Assembly (NCBI GenBank): GCA_963713865.1
Contig: OY970208.1
Location: forward strand, 704,001 to 768,000
Source of the DNA: an uncultured candidate division Zixibacteria bacterium
Lineage (GTDB): Bacteria > Zixibacteria > MSB-5A5 > RBG-16-43-9
Direction: 5' to 3'
DNA: 64,000 nucleotides
Shown: in pieces, positions 1-9,801 of the stretch
Layout of the letters: each line of letters opens with the position of its first letter
How positions within the stretch are numbered: position 1 is the stretch's first letter
The notes under the pieces: generated by a model
Database searches by the model: none
Told to the model about the DNA's origin: nothing
The model's input: the letters and a program-made list of their open reading frames with translations, nothing else
Translations under genes and position numbers: made by a program

Positions 1-374
1 AGTTTCTTCTTCTCTTCCTTAGCCTTGCAATTGATACAGAGCCGTGCATGAGGGACTGCTTCTAATCTGGTCGTATTTATCTCCTGATCACATTCCTGAC
101 ACTTGCCGTAAGTTTTGTCTTTTATGCGGCGCAGAGCCTCGTCGATGTGATAGAGCAGTCTTCCGTTCTTGGAGGCGAAAAGAAACGCCTTTTCCCTTTC
201 CATGGCATCGGTTCCCTGATCAGCCATATGATAGGAATAAGAGGACAGGTCTCCGGTGGAGTCCTTAATAGTTGTATCCAGAGCCTCCTTCTTCAAAAAA
301 CCCATCTCCGCTATCAGCTCAGCCCTTTTAGCCAGAAGGAGCTTCTCGTATTTTTCCAGATCTTTTTTCTTCAT
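1..374 (-). CDS. TraR/DksA family C4 zinc-finger protein (3' end runs off the window)
   Basis: Not in the ORF track. Manual translation from ATG 374: MKKKDLEKYEKLLL...HMADQGTDAMERE...DEALRRIKDKTYGKCQEC...RLEAVPHARLCINCK. Lies directly downstream of ileS. Confidence 0.9.
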   Translation of the reverse strand, partial: MKKKDLEKYEKLLLAKRAELIAEMGFLKKEALDTTIKDSTGDLSSYSYHMADQGTDAMEREKAFLFASKNGRLLYHIDEALRRIKDKTYGKCQECDQEINTTRLEAVPHARLCINCKAKEEKKK

Positions 375-377
375 AAT

Positions 378-3300
378 TTAGATCCTGGTTACAGAGATTT
401 CTGCTTTTTCTCCATTTATATCCCATTCTAAGGTGAGTTCTCCTTTCTCTCCCTTGTGGGATATAACCTTGGCTAAAGTCTCCTTTTTTATATAATCCTC
501 AAAAGATTTTATAGCCTTTTCTAATCTTTCGGTTCCAATTATATTAACTTTAATCCGATCCATAACCTGAAATCCGGCCTGTCTCCTCATATTCTGTATC
601 TTGTTCACTAACTCCCGGGCAAAACCCTCATCTTTTAAAGCCTCATTGATATACGTATCAATCCCTACTTTGTATCCATCTCCGGACTCAACTAAAAGAC
701 CTTCTTTCTCTTTTTCTTCCAATTCCAGATCCTCTAAGGAAAGCTCAATCTTTTCACCTTCTGATTCTACCTGAATTTTTTCCTGAGCTTTCAGCTCCTT
801 CAGCTTCTCAGAACTTAAAGACCGTATAAGCTCAACCACCTGATTTACTTTCTTCCCGAACTTCGGACCCAGGCACTGGAACTTAGGCTTGGCTTTATAA
901 TCGACCAGAAATAGTTCATCCTGAACCAGGTTTATATGTTTAATATTTATTTCCTCAGAAATCAAGAGTAAAATTGGCTCAAGCTCATCTTTTTTTGCCC
1001 GCGGAGGGATTAATACGAACATCTTCTCCAAAGGCTGTCTTATCTTTATTCCAGCCCTGTTCCTTCCGGCACGGGCTAAGGATGCGATGATCCTGGCCTT
1101 GTCCATCCTCTCCTCTAATTTGAGATCGATTAACTTCTCCTTATAATCGGGGTAATCCTCTAAATGAACGCTTTCATGAGTGCTATCAAACCTTCCAGCT
1201 AATTCTTGAAAGAGCTCCTCTGAGATAAAGGGAACAAAAGGAGCAATCAATTTAGTCAAGCTTACCAGAACCTCCCAGAGAGTTTGATAAGCACAATATT
1301 TATTTGAATCCAATCCGGATTGCCAGAACCTTTTGCGGTTTCTTCTCACATACCAGTTAGATAAATCCTCGATCACGAACTCCTGTATCTTCCTGGATGT
1401 CCTGGTAATATCATAATTATCTAAATCTGCTATCACTTCTCTGGTCAAAGAATTAAGTTTGGAGATAATCCACCTGTCGATCTCCGGACGATTCTTTACC
1501 TCGATTTTTTCCTTTTCAGGCTCGAACTTATCAATGTTAGCATAAAGGGCAAAGAAGGAATAGGTATTCCTCAGGGTGCTCAAGAATTTCCTTTCGACTT
1601 CCGTTACCCCCTCCATATCAAAACGGGTAGGAAGCCAGGGCTGGCTTACCCAGACCAGATACCATCTTAAGGCATCTGCTCCTTGATTATTCAGCACGTC
1701 CCAGGGATCAACCACGTTCCCGATATGTTTGCTCATCTTCTGCCCTTCTTTATCCTGTATGAACTCGATAACGATAACGTTCTTATAAGCCGGCTGGTCA
1801 AAAAGGAAGGTAGATATGGCTAAAAGTGAATAAAACCATCCACGGGTCTGATCTATGGCCTCGCTTATAAACTCAGCCGGGAACATCTCCTTAAAATATT
1901 CTTTATTCTCAAAGGGATAATGAAACTGGGCATAAGGCATAGAGCCGGAATCAAACCAGCAGTCGATAACCTCAGGCGTCCTTTTCATTAAACCCTTACA
2001 TTTCGGGCAGGTTAAAGTTATTCCGTCTATCATCGGCTTGTGCAAATCTAATCCTTCAGGAACCTCTTTGCTCAAATCCTTTAATTCCTGAATACTGGCA
2101 ACAGATTTCTCCTCACCACATTTCTGGCAGATCCAGATATTCAGGGGGGTTCCCCAGAACCTTTCTCTGGAGAGTGCCCAGTCGACGTTATTCTCCAGCC
2201 ACTCCCCAAACCTCCCTTCTTTGATCTCCTCCGGATACCAGTTTATCTTCTTATTATTAGAAATCAATTTATCTTTATAAGCAGTGGTCTTGATGTACCA
2301 GGATTTACGCGCATAATAAATTAAAGGGGAATCACATCTCCAGCAGAAAGGATAGGTATGCAGGTATTTTCCAGAATAGTAAAGGATTCCTCTTTTTTTC
2401 AAATCCTCCAGGATCAAAGGGTCAGCATCTTTTACAAATTTACCTTTCCAGGGGGTCACTTCATCTGTAAAACTTCCGGTAGAATCCACTGGTTGGACTA
2501 AAGGCAGGTTGTAAACTATTGATAAGTTGTAATCATCCGCTCCAAAAGCTGGTGCAATATGCACAATCCCGGTTCCATCTTCAGTGGTAACAAAATCAGC
2601 CAAACAGACATAGAACGCTTTTTTCCGGTCTAATTTCGCATATTCAAACAGTGGGAAATACCTTATCTTTTCTAAGTCTTTCCCCTTAAACTCTTCTAAG
2701 ATTTTATATTCACCTCGAATGACTTTATCTAAAAGTGGTTTTGCCAGGATTAATTTATCTCCTTTATGTTCGATTTTAACATAATCGACATCCGGATGAA
2801 CTGCTAAGGCAACATTGGAAATCAAAGTCCAGGGTGTAGTAGTCCAGACCAAGAAATAGGTGTCCTCAAACTCCTCCAATCTTATTTTCACAAAAACCGA
2901 AGGATCTTCTACTTCTTCATAACCCTGGGCAACCTCATGGCTGGAAAGGGTTGTGCCGCACCTGGGGCAGTAAGGAACGATCTTGTGTCCTTTATAGATT
3001 AACCCTTTCTTATAATACTCTGATAAAATCCACCAGACCGATTCTATATATTCATTGGTATAGGTGATATAGGCATCTTTTAAATCCAGCCAGTAACCGA
3101 TCCTCTCGGTCAGCTCATCCCAGTCCTTTAAATACCTGAAAACGCTTTCCTTGCATTTAGCGTTGAAATTCTCAATCCCGTATTTTTCAACATCCTCCTT
3201 GGTTTTTAAACCTAATTCCTTTTCAACTTCAATCTCCACTGGAAGGCCATGCGTATCCCAGCCAGCTTTCCTATCCACCCTGTATCCCCGCATAGTCTTG

Positions 3301-3515
3301 TATCTACAGATCAAATCTTTTATGGTCCGGGAGATAACATGATGAACCCCTGGTTTTCCATTGGCAGTAGGCGGACCTTCATAGAACACGAATTTTGGAG
3401 AATCCTTCCTTTTCTGGATGCTCTTTTCAAAGATTTTATTCTCCTTCCAGAAGGATAAAATCCTTTTCTCCATCTCCGGATAGTTAAAATCTTCCTTTAT
3501 CTCTTTAAATGCCAC
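378..3515 (-). CDS. ileS: Isoleucine--tRNA ligase, type 2 (IleRS2)
   Basis: 1045 aa; GPPTANGKPGVHH, GWDTHGLP, WTTTPWTL, DQTRGWFY and KMSK motifs; IleRS2-type C-terminus (ARELVNKIQNMR). Confidence 0.97.
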   Translation of the reverse strand: MAFKEIKEDFNYPEMEKRILSFWKENKIFEKSIQKRKDSPKFVFYEGPPTANGKPGVHHVISRTIKDLICRYKTMRGYRVDRKAGWDTHGLPVEIEVEKELGLKTKEDVEKYGIENFNAKCKESVFRYLKDWDELTERIGYWLDLKDAYITYTNEYIESVWWILSEYYKKGLIYKGHKIVPYCPRCGTTLSSHEVAQGYEEVEDPSVFVKIRLEEFEDTYFLVWTTTPWTLISNVALAVHPDVDYVKIEHKGDKLILAKPLLDKVIRGEYKILEEFKGKDLEKIRYFPLFEYAKLDRKKAFYVCLADFVTTEDGTGIVHIAPAFGADDYNLSIVYNLPLVQPVDSTGSFTDEVTPWKGKFVKDADPLILEDLKKRGILYYSGKYLHTYPFCWRCDSPLIYYARKSWYIKTTAYKDKLISNNKKINWYPEEIKEGRFGEWLENNVDWALSRERFWGTPLNIWICQKCGEEKSVASIQELKDLSKEVPEGLDLHKPMIDGITLTCPKCKGLMKRTPEVIDCWFDSGSMPYAQFHYPFENKEYFKEMFPAEFISEAIDQTRGWFYSLLAISTFLFDQPAYKNVIVIEFIQDKEGQKMSKHIGNVVDPWDVLNNQGADALRWYLVWVSQPWLPTRFDMEGVTEVERKFLSTLRNTYSFFALYANIDKFEPEKEKIEVKNRPEIDRWIISKLNSLTREVIADLDNYDITRTSRKIQEFVIEDLSNWYVRRNRKRFWQSGLDSNKYCAYQTLWEVLVSLTKLIAPFVPFISEELFQELAGRFDSTHESVHLEDYPDYKEKLIDLKLEERMDKARIIASLARAGRNRAGIKIRQPLEKMFVLIPPRAKKDELEPILLLISEEINIKHINLVQDELFLVDYKAKPKFQCLGPKFGKKVNQVVELIRSLSSEKLKELKAQEKIQVESEGEKIELSLEDLELEEKEKEGLLVESGDGYKVGIDTYINEALKDEGFARELVNKIQNMRRQAGFQVMDRIKVNIIGTERLEKAIKSFEDYIKKETLAKVISHKGEKGELTLEWDINGEKAEISVTRI

Positions 3516-3537
3516 TTTGTATCACCTCAAGTTTATT

Positions 3538-3592
3538 ATATACGCAAATTTCATTGTCCTAAGTTGCACAAGTGAAACTTATTACAGGGTAA
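3538..3592 (-). repeat. Diverged direct-repeat copy of the 3' end of the CDF transporter gene (5131-5185)
   Basis: 47/55 nt identical by hand alignment; encodes LPCNKFHLCNLGQ* versus LACSKFPVCNLGE*. Confidence 0.85.
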
Positions 3593-3668
3593 CCGCTCCC
3601 TGCATAAAAGAAGTTCCGCCGAAAACGGAATTTGGGTGAAGGTGCGAAGCACAAACACCGTGTTAGCT
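3590..3668 (-). mobile_element. Degenerate integron attC-like site after the HNH gene
   Basis: AGCTAAC just after the stop. GTTAGCTGAAGTATT (3662-3676, + strand) matches GTTAGCGGAAATATT upstream of the gene (5061-5047, - strand) at 13/15. Internal hairpins; ends near GGTTA at 3594-3590. Confidence 0.6.
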
Positions 3669-3694
3669 GAAGTATTTTTAATTTTCACTTTTCT

Positions 3695-5026
3695 TTAATA
3701 AATTGTATCCAATTTGCCTAAATTACATTCTTTACAAAGTGTCTGTAGATTATCAAAAGTTGTTTCTCCTCCATTTGAATATGGTATTTTATGGTCAATC
3801 TGTAATTCAATTTCAGGTGGTTTTCTTCCACATATCACACACATAAATTTATCTCTCTGCAAAACTCTAAAACGTAATCGAGGAGATGGAATCCTGGGAG
3901 TTTTCATTTCAATAATTTGAGTTTCTCCAGTTTTTTTTGCTTCAGTTGTTCCCTTTTGGGTTATCAAAGGGGTTACTTCTTGCTTATCCTCTTCAATATT
4001 CGTTTTAAACTCTTTATTTTCTGTATGCTCCTCATAATCACCTTTACGGTCATCAACAAATGAATAAATTGCTTTCGTCCAGCTTCCAAATTTCTTTGCA
4101 AAAACACTCCGTGAAATTTGGCTATATTGATTCATTTCCCTCCATGTTGGCTGTCTTCCAAGCTTTTCCCAAATTCTTTGTAACTCAGAAAAAAGTTCCT
4201 CTCGTGAGTATTTTACATGACCGTCTTTCATACCAATCTTTTTTACGGCATTTTCCCAGCTACCAAAATGATTTTGAAAAGTTCCAATAGAATATTTGCC
4301 TCCATATTTTTTATAAGCTGAAAACTTCAATACCTTTAATTTATTTTTTTCAGCTATTGTCTTTAATTGGGATAATAATAATTCAGGTGTAGCTTGACCT
4401 ACCAATCCTTTTATATCATAACCAAATTTTAAACAAAATACTTCTACTGATTTTTTCCATGTTCCAAATTTTCGCTCGTAAACCCTCATGCTTATATTAC
4501 TATTATCTCTAAATTCATCATAGGAAGGGCGTCTGCCGAACTTACCCCATACTCTTGACATTTCTAAAAATAATTCTTCTTCTGTAAATCCCCTTGGCTT
4601 AGGTTTAATAATTTTAATAATCTTTGGCTGTTTTTTCAAAGATAAAACATTTTCTAACAGGTTCTGCCAGGAATTATGCCCTAAACGCTTTTTTAATGTT
4701 TCTACGCTATATTTTCCACCATTCTTAACATAGAAAGTCTGAGTAAAATACTTTCCTTGATTTAAGTCCTTTATTTTATTTAAATCTTTTGTCAAATCTA
4801 TCGAGTTAATTGGTCCTCTCTCATATGGAAACCCACCTTTTTTCATTGCCTCTGGCCAAGAACCAAAGCGCTTGATTATAGTACTCGTATGAACTCTTGA
4901 ATACCTATTAAAATCCCCTGTCTTTGGGGCTTTATTCATAAAATATGTAGATACTACTCTCTTAATTTCAGCGATTATTGCTTCATCGCTATAATTTGTT
5001 AAACGATTTGGTTCGAAATTATTCAT
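3695..5026 (-). CDS. HNH endonuclease with multiple N-terminal homing-endonuclease-associated repeats
   Basis: About five FGSW/FGTW-type repeats; C-terminal CVICG...IDHKIPYSNGG...NLQTLCKECNLGK; visibly more AT-rich than its neighbours. Confidence 0.88.
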   Translation of the reverse strand: MNNFEPNRLTNYSDEAIIAEIKRVVSTYFMNKAPKTGDFNRYSRVHTSTIIKRFGSWPEAMKKGGFPYERGPINSIDLTKDLNKIKDLNQGKYFTQTFYVKNGGKYSVETLKKRLGHNSWQNLLENVLSLKKQPKIIKIIKPKPRGFTEEELFLEMSRVWGKFGRRPSYDEFRDNSNISMRVYERKFGTWKKSVEVFCLKFGYDIKGLVGQATPELLLSQLKTIAEKNKLKVLKFSAYKKYGGKYSIGTFQNHFGSWENAVKKIGMKDGHVKYSREELFSELQRIWEKLGRQPTWREMNQYSQISRSVFAKKFGSWTKAIYSFVDDRKGDYEEHTENKEFKTNIEEDKQEVTPLITQKGTTEAKKTGETQIIEMKTPRIPSPRLRFRVLQRDKFMCVICGRKPPEIELQIDHKIPYSNGGETTFDNLQTLCKECNLGKLDTIY

Positions 5027-5143
5027 TGCAATTTTTTCAATTTAAAAATATTTCCGCTAACTTGTTCATCTCTGCATTGCCGATAAAAGCCTTACGGTTC
5101 GTAGAGCGAATATTATCCCATTTTAGGGGCATATACGCAATTT

Positions 5144-6049
5144 TCATTCTCCTAAGTTGCATACTGGAAACTTACTACAGGCTAAACATTCCAACTGCAA
5201 AGTGGTATGGGTAATGCCAAACTTCTCCTGCAAAATTCTATTTGCCTCTTTTAACATCTGGTCGCTTTTGCTCACCATCTGGTCCTCTATAACTAAATGC
5301 CCGGATAAAGCGTAGATCCCTGAAGATATAGTCCAGAGATGCAAATCATGCACATCCTTAACTCCTTTGATCTTCTTGATCTCCCCAGCGATAGTTTCCG
5401 CATTCAGATGTTTAGGAACCGCCTCCAAGAGTATATTACTTGACTCGGTAATCAAACCTATAGCCCCTCTCAAGATTATTCCGCCGATCAAAATTGCAAC
5501 AATCGGGTCAATTAAATAGAATTTAGTAAAAAATATAATTATCCCTGCTACTATTACTCCGATCGAAGACAAGGCGTCCCCTAAGATATGCAAGAATGCT
5601 CCTCTGATATTCAGATTACCCCTGCTTGAGCCTTTTAATATTAAGATCCCAATTATATTTACCACAAGCCCTAAGGTTGCAACTCCTAACATCAAAGGTG
5701 CTTTTATCTGCGGAGGGGCAAGAAAGCGTCTATAAGCTTCATAGAATATGTATCCAGAAATAAAAATCAAGGTTACTCCATTCAAAAGGGCAACTAAGAT
5801 TTCCGTTCTGTGAAATCCGTAGGTTCTCCTGGCATCTGCCGGTCTTCTGGATAATTTTAAAGCAAAAAAACTCAAAGCCAGGGCTAAAGTATCGGTGAGC
5901 ATATGCCCGGCATCACCGATTAGGGACAAACTACCGGATAATATCCCACCCAGAAACTCCACTAAGGTCATCAGTGCAGTTAATAATAGAGGAATTACTA
6001 AAACCTTTGGCTCAGGTTTGAAATTATTGTTGTGATTATGCTCAGACAT
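5144..6049 (-). CDS. Cation diffusion facilitator (CzcD/ZitB-like) metal efflux transporter
   Basis: SGSLSLIGDAGHMLTD, HILGD and VHDLHLW motifs. Start moved to ATG 6049 because the upstream GTG lies in a repeat. Confidence 0.92.
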   Translation of the reverse strand: MSEHNHNNNFKPEPKVLVIPLLLTALMTLVEFLGGILSGSLSLIGDAGHMLTDTLALALSFFALKLSRRPADARRTYGFHRTEILVALLNGVTLIFISGYIFYEAYRRFLAPPQIKAPLMLGVATLGLVVNIIGILILKGSSRGNLNIRGAFLHILGDALSSIGVIVAGIIIFFTKFYLIDPIVAILIGGIILRGAIGLITESSNILLEAVPKHLNAETIAGEIKKIKGVKDVHDLHLWTISSGIYALSGHLVIEDQMVSKSDQMLKEANRILQEKFGITHTTLQLECLACSKFPVCNLGE

Positions 6050-6077
6050 ATTGATCTTTCGTAGCGTCCTCACTTTT

Positions 6078-6174
6078 TGTCATTGCGAGGAGTCCACAGG
6101 ACGACGAAGCAATCCGTCCCTCACAGAGTAAACAGATTGCTTCGTCTCGCCTTTGTGGCGGACTCGCAATGACA
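6078..6174. repeat. Palindromic intergenic repeat TGTCATTGCGAG...CTCGCAATGACA (related copy 7882-8000)
   Basis: Terminal inverted repeats with internal hairpins such as GAAGCAATC/GATTGCTTC. Confidence 0.8.
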
Positions 6175-6185
6175 AGAGAAGATGA

Positions 6186-6243
6186 TAGCCGCAACCTTTA
6201 GGTTGCGTAAATCCTGATTTCGCAGGCTTAAGCCTGCGGCTAC
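6186..6243. repeat. REP/REPIN-like double hairpin ending in CTAC
   Basis: CGCAACCTTTAGGTTGCG and CGCAGGCTTAAGCCTGCG hairpins; the terminal GTAG on the - strand contains the punA stop. Confidence 0.75.
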
Positions 6244-7067
6244 CACTTCAACTCCTCAACCACCTTAACTATAATCTTCTTCAGATTTGGCTCAGCCTTA
6301 TTGGCTGTAGCTATTATCTCCTCTAAATTTGTCGGCTTTAAAGCATCTGGTAGCCCCATATCCGTGACAATCGAAAAACCCAGAACCTTCATTCCCTGAT
6401 GCCTTGCTACTATAACCTCAGGCACAGTTGACATCCCAACCACATCTGCTCCAGTTCCTCTTAAAAATCTATATTCAGCTGCAGTTTCCAAATTAGGTCC
6501 GGCTACTGATACATAAACCCCTTTTTGCAATTTTGTGCCTAATTTCAATGCACAATTTTCTGCTAAAGCGATCAATTCTTTATCATAGCAGTTATACATA
6601 TCCGGGAACCTTGGACCTAAAAACTCATCATTTGGACCAATCAGAGGATTACTCCCTAAAAGATTTATATGGTCAGAAATAACCATTATATCTCCAGCTT
6701 TATATTGAGGATTCAATCCTCCGCAGGCATTAGAGACAATCAAAAGCTCAATCCCAAGGGCTTTCATCACCCGTAAGGGGAAGGTTACCTGCTGCATTGT
6801 ATAACCTTCATAATAATGGAACCTCCCCTGCATAGCTAAAACCTTTTTATCTGAGATTTTGCCAAATAAAAGCCTTCCAAAGTGGCTTTCCACAGTTGAG
6901 ACCGGGAAATGGGGAATGTCCTGGTAATCTATCTTATGTTCTACTTTAATCCCTTCAGCTAAGGAACCCAGCCCTGTGCCCAGGATAATCCCTATCCGGG
7001 GCTTGTAATCTGCTTTTTTTAGAATAAAATCTTTTGCCTGTTTGATTTTTTCTTTCAGGTTTTCCAT
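6240..7067 (-). CDS. punA: Purine-nucleoside phosphorylase (trimeric type)
   Basis: GIILGTGLG, MQGRFHYYEG, GPNLETAAE and VGMSTVPE motifs. Confidence 0.95.
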   Translation of the reverse strand: MENLKEKIKQAKDFILKKADYKPRIGIILGTGLGSLAEGIKVEHKIDYQDIPHFPVSTVESHFGRLLFGKISDKKVLAMQGRFHYYEGYTMQQVTFPLRVMKALGIELLIVSNACGGLNPQYKAGDIMVISDHINLLGSNPLIGPNDEFLGPRFPDMYNCYDKELIALAENCALKLGTKLQKGVYVSVAGPNLETAAEYRFLRGTGADVVGMSTVPEVIVARHQGMKVLGFSIVTDMGLPDALKPTNLEEIIATANKAEPNLKKIIVKVVEELKW

Positions 7068-7162
7068 TATTTACATCCGTTTTTTAAGATTCAAATTTCT
7101 TTCTAAGGTAGCGTACCCACTCTCGTCCTGCGGATCCGTTAATAGGATGAGGACGAGCATAT

Positions 7163-7252
7163 TTCCCCTCCCTTGATGGGAGGGGATGAAGGGGAGGGTG
7201 AGATTATTTTTATTCCCCTCTCCCTAACCCTCTCCCACAAGGGGAGAGGGAA
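7163..7252. repeat. CCCCTCCC...GGGAGGGG hairpin repeat family (related copies near 8783, 20417, 27107, 30977, 40130)
   Basis: CCCCTCCCTTGATGGGAGGGG and CCCTCTCCCACAAGGGGAGAGGG hairpins recur in both orientations. Confidence 0.8.
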
Positions 7253-7301
7253 TCATATCTCCGCTACCAGAGCAAGCCCTTGTTGGGCACGAGTGGCATC
7301 G

Positions 7302-7856
7302 CTACCGTCTATCTCCTCTAAAATTTTCCTTCTTTTCAAACTGGTCAATCACCTTTTCCATCTCCTCATCTGATAAATCTTTTCTCTTTTCAGACCGAGA
7401 TCCATCAGAGGATTCCTCTAAGCCCTCTAAAAGACTTTTATGCAGATCAAGCATAGATTTAACCTTCAGGAGATACCCATCCTTCAGGTTTTTTAACTCA
7501 TAAATCCCCCTCTTAAGATCGGACAGCTTCAAATTCGATTCCTCTAATAACCTCTGGCTTTTAAGCTTTGCCTCCCGGATTAATAGTTCAGCTTCCTTTT
7601 CTGCGTTTTTCTTAAGCTCGTCTGCACTTTTCTGAGTGGTGAGGATGACATTCTGAAGAGTCTCTTCCATATTCCTGTATTCGGAAAGCTTGTTTTCAAA
7701 GGAGGAAAGCTTCTCCTTTAAAAGATTAATTTCTTTTGTCCCCTCCTCAATCTCTCCTGCTAATATCTCTAAGAAACCATCCACCTCTAAGGGGTCATAC
7801 CCCTTAAATTTCTTTTTAAACTTCTGATTCTTTACTTCAAAAGCTGTTATCTTCAT
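7302..7856 (-). CDS. DivIVA domain-containing protein
   Basis: N-terminal ITAFEVKNQKFKKKFKGYDPLEVDGFL followed by coiled coil; located after yggS. Confidence 0.9.
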   Translation of the reverse strand: MKITAFEVKNQKFKKKFKGYDPLEVDGFLEILAGEIEEGTKEINLLKEKLSSFENKLSEYRNMEETLQNVILTTQKSADELKKNAEKEAELLIREAKLKSQRLLEESNLKLSDLKRGIYELKNLKDGYLLKVKSMLDLHKSLLEGLEESSDGSRSEKRKDLSDEEMEKVIDQFEKKENFRGDRR

Positions 7857-8003
7857 CTTTCACCTCCGGGATTTACTTGGGCTGTCATTGCGAGTCCGCC
7901 AAAGGCGGGTCATTCTGAGTCCGCAGGACGAAGAATCTTCATTTGAATCAACGAGATTCTTCGGTCGTCTCGCTAAAGGCGGACTCCCTCAGAATGACAG
8001 GTT

Positions 8004-8692
8004 TTATTTTCTGGGACCAAAAATAGCTGTCCCAACTCTAATCATATTTGCTCCTTCCTCAATCGCCATTTCAAAATCCGAGCTCATCCCCATAGAAAGA
8101 TATTTCATCTCTACATTTTCCTTTCTCAAATTCTTCATGGACTCAAATATATTCCTTAACTTTACAAAACAGGGTCTTGCTTTTTCTAATTCATCCGTGA
8201 ATAGACCAACGGTCATCAAACCTTTTATCTTTATATTCTCCAACCTCGACACTTCTTCCACTAATCCCGAATCTCACCCGGTTTAACTCCATATTTAGAT
8301 GGCTCATTTGAGGTATTCACCTCAATTAAAACATCTGCTAACTTTCCCTTTTCTTTTGCTCTTTTTGATATCTCCCGAGCTAAATGCAGGCTATCTACGG
8401 ACTGTATCAGATCAAAAAGCTCCAGCGCCTTTTTAACTTTATTGGTCTGCAGATGCCCAACTAAATGTTTTTCGACATCTCTTTTAATAAACTTGAACTT
8501 CTCCTCAGCTTCCTGAATACGATTTTCTCCTATTATCTTTATCCCGGCATCAATTGCCTCATTTATACTCTCCGGCTCAACGTTTTTAGTTACCGCTACC
8601 AGGGTTATATCTTCCCTTTTGCGACCTGATTTTATAGCCGCTTTCTTAATCCTCTCCTCTAATCTTTTTAAATTCTCAACTAAAGAGTTCAT
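8004..8692 (-). pseudogene. yggS: YggS/PLPBP pyridoxal-phosphate homeostasis protein, split by a 1-nt frameshift near 8263 (real lesion or sequencing error)
   Basis: ORFs 8261-8692 (VAVTK, GENRIQE, HLVGHLQTNK) and 8004-8261 (GLMT, LSMGMSSDF, IRVGTAIFG). One extra T in GATTAGTG restores GAT-TTA-GTG. Confidence 0.9.
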
Positions 8693-8749
8693 CGAATTAA
8701 ATTATTATAATATATATTTTTAATAAAAAAGCAACTGAAATTAATGTTT

Positions 8750-9380
8750 TTAGGGATAGGACGGTGTCCTGTCCTCTAAGTATTCCCTCTCCTTTTTAAG
8801 GGGAGAGCAGGGCGAGGTTTATGTAGGGGAAACCTTAAGGTTTCCCCTAAAAACAATGGAAGGTTGAAGCCTTCCGCTACAAACAAAAAACGCAGAGTCG
8901 GGATCAGGCGTTACAATTTTTTTCCTTTGAACCTTAATCCTTTTAACTATTGAACATTTATTTTGGCAGCCATTGGATGCACTTCATAGTTTGAATAACT
9001 AATACCTTTTCACTGCTCTCTTCTTTTTAAGGAGAGGAGGAATGCATAGGGGTTACCCCCTCCTTCGGCTCTGCTCAAGACGGTGCGCTTATCGAACCGT
9101 GTGGTCGCCCATTATCAGGGCAGGCACGGGGGCCTACCCCAATAATATATTTGACCTCTCCTCTCCTACGGATACCTATTGGGAAAGACCCGTTTTTCGG
9201 GAAAAGAGAGGGTAAAAAATTTTTGTAGCGTGTCCCTTTCAGATTCGTCTAAAAAAGAGACGTATTGCTATGCATCTCTACCTCTGATATTCGCAGAGGG
9301 GTGGGTAGTTTGAAGCCCACCCTTACTCCTCTTTCCCTGCGATATACCAATCATGCATTGTCACGGACGGTGCACTCCGT
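8750..9380. repeat. Cluster of stacked REP-like palindromes
   Basis: For example GTAGGGGAAACCTTAAGGTTTCCCC, GGAAGGTTGAAGCCTTCCGCTAC and GGGTGGGT...GCCCACCC; no credible ORF. Confidence 0.65.
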
Positions 9381-9502
9381 ATATTAAAAAACTGTTGACA
9401 TTTTTTTTCAAAACATTACTTTGCCTTCAAAAGTTGGGGTGAACGAAGCGCAAGGATTTAGTCTTCTCCCCTACGGGGAGGGAAAGGGAGGTGGGGTAAG
9501 GT

Positions 9503-9694
9503 ATGGAAAAAGATTTTCCAGAGTGCCTTAAGTGTAACAAAGGAATTCTTTTGCCTCTCTCCGATTATGGCAGAGAGGGTGCAAGCATAAGATATAAAGC
9601 CTGGGTTTGCTCTAACCCAGCCTGCGGATTTTCCATCCGCATAGACAACGGTGAGATAAGCTTTGGCAAGACCATAGCTAATTCTAATAAGTAA
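9503..9694 (+). CDS. Small putative zinc-ribbon protein (63 aa)
   Basis: CLKC...CSNPAC cysteine pairs; strong RBS GGGAGGT; TTGACA at 9395. Confidence 0.75.
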   Translation: MEKDFPECLKCNKGILLPLSDYGREGASIRYKAWVCSNPACGFSIRIDNGEISFGKTIANSNK

Positions 9695-9801
9695 ATAATT
9701 TTTTTAGTCTTTTAAATGCGCTTCGTTCCTTCTCAACTTTATTAAGTTATTTCGGGAAACGGATCCTTCCAGTCTAGGATGGATCCAGAAGATAGGGAAA
9801 G

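Noticed and set aside
7173-8286. Short + strand ORFs 7173-7373 and 7888-8286, and similar ORFs such as 40047-40310 and 42758-43057
   Set aside because: They are translations of palindromic repeats or antisense shadows of real genes.
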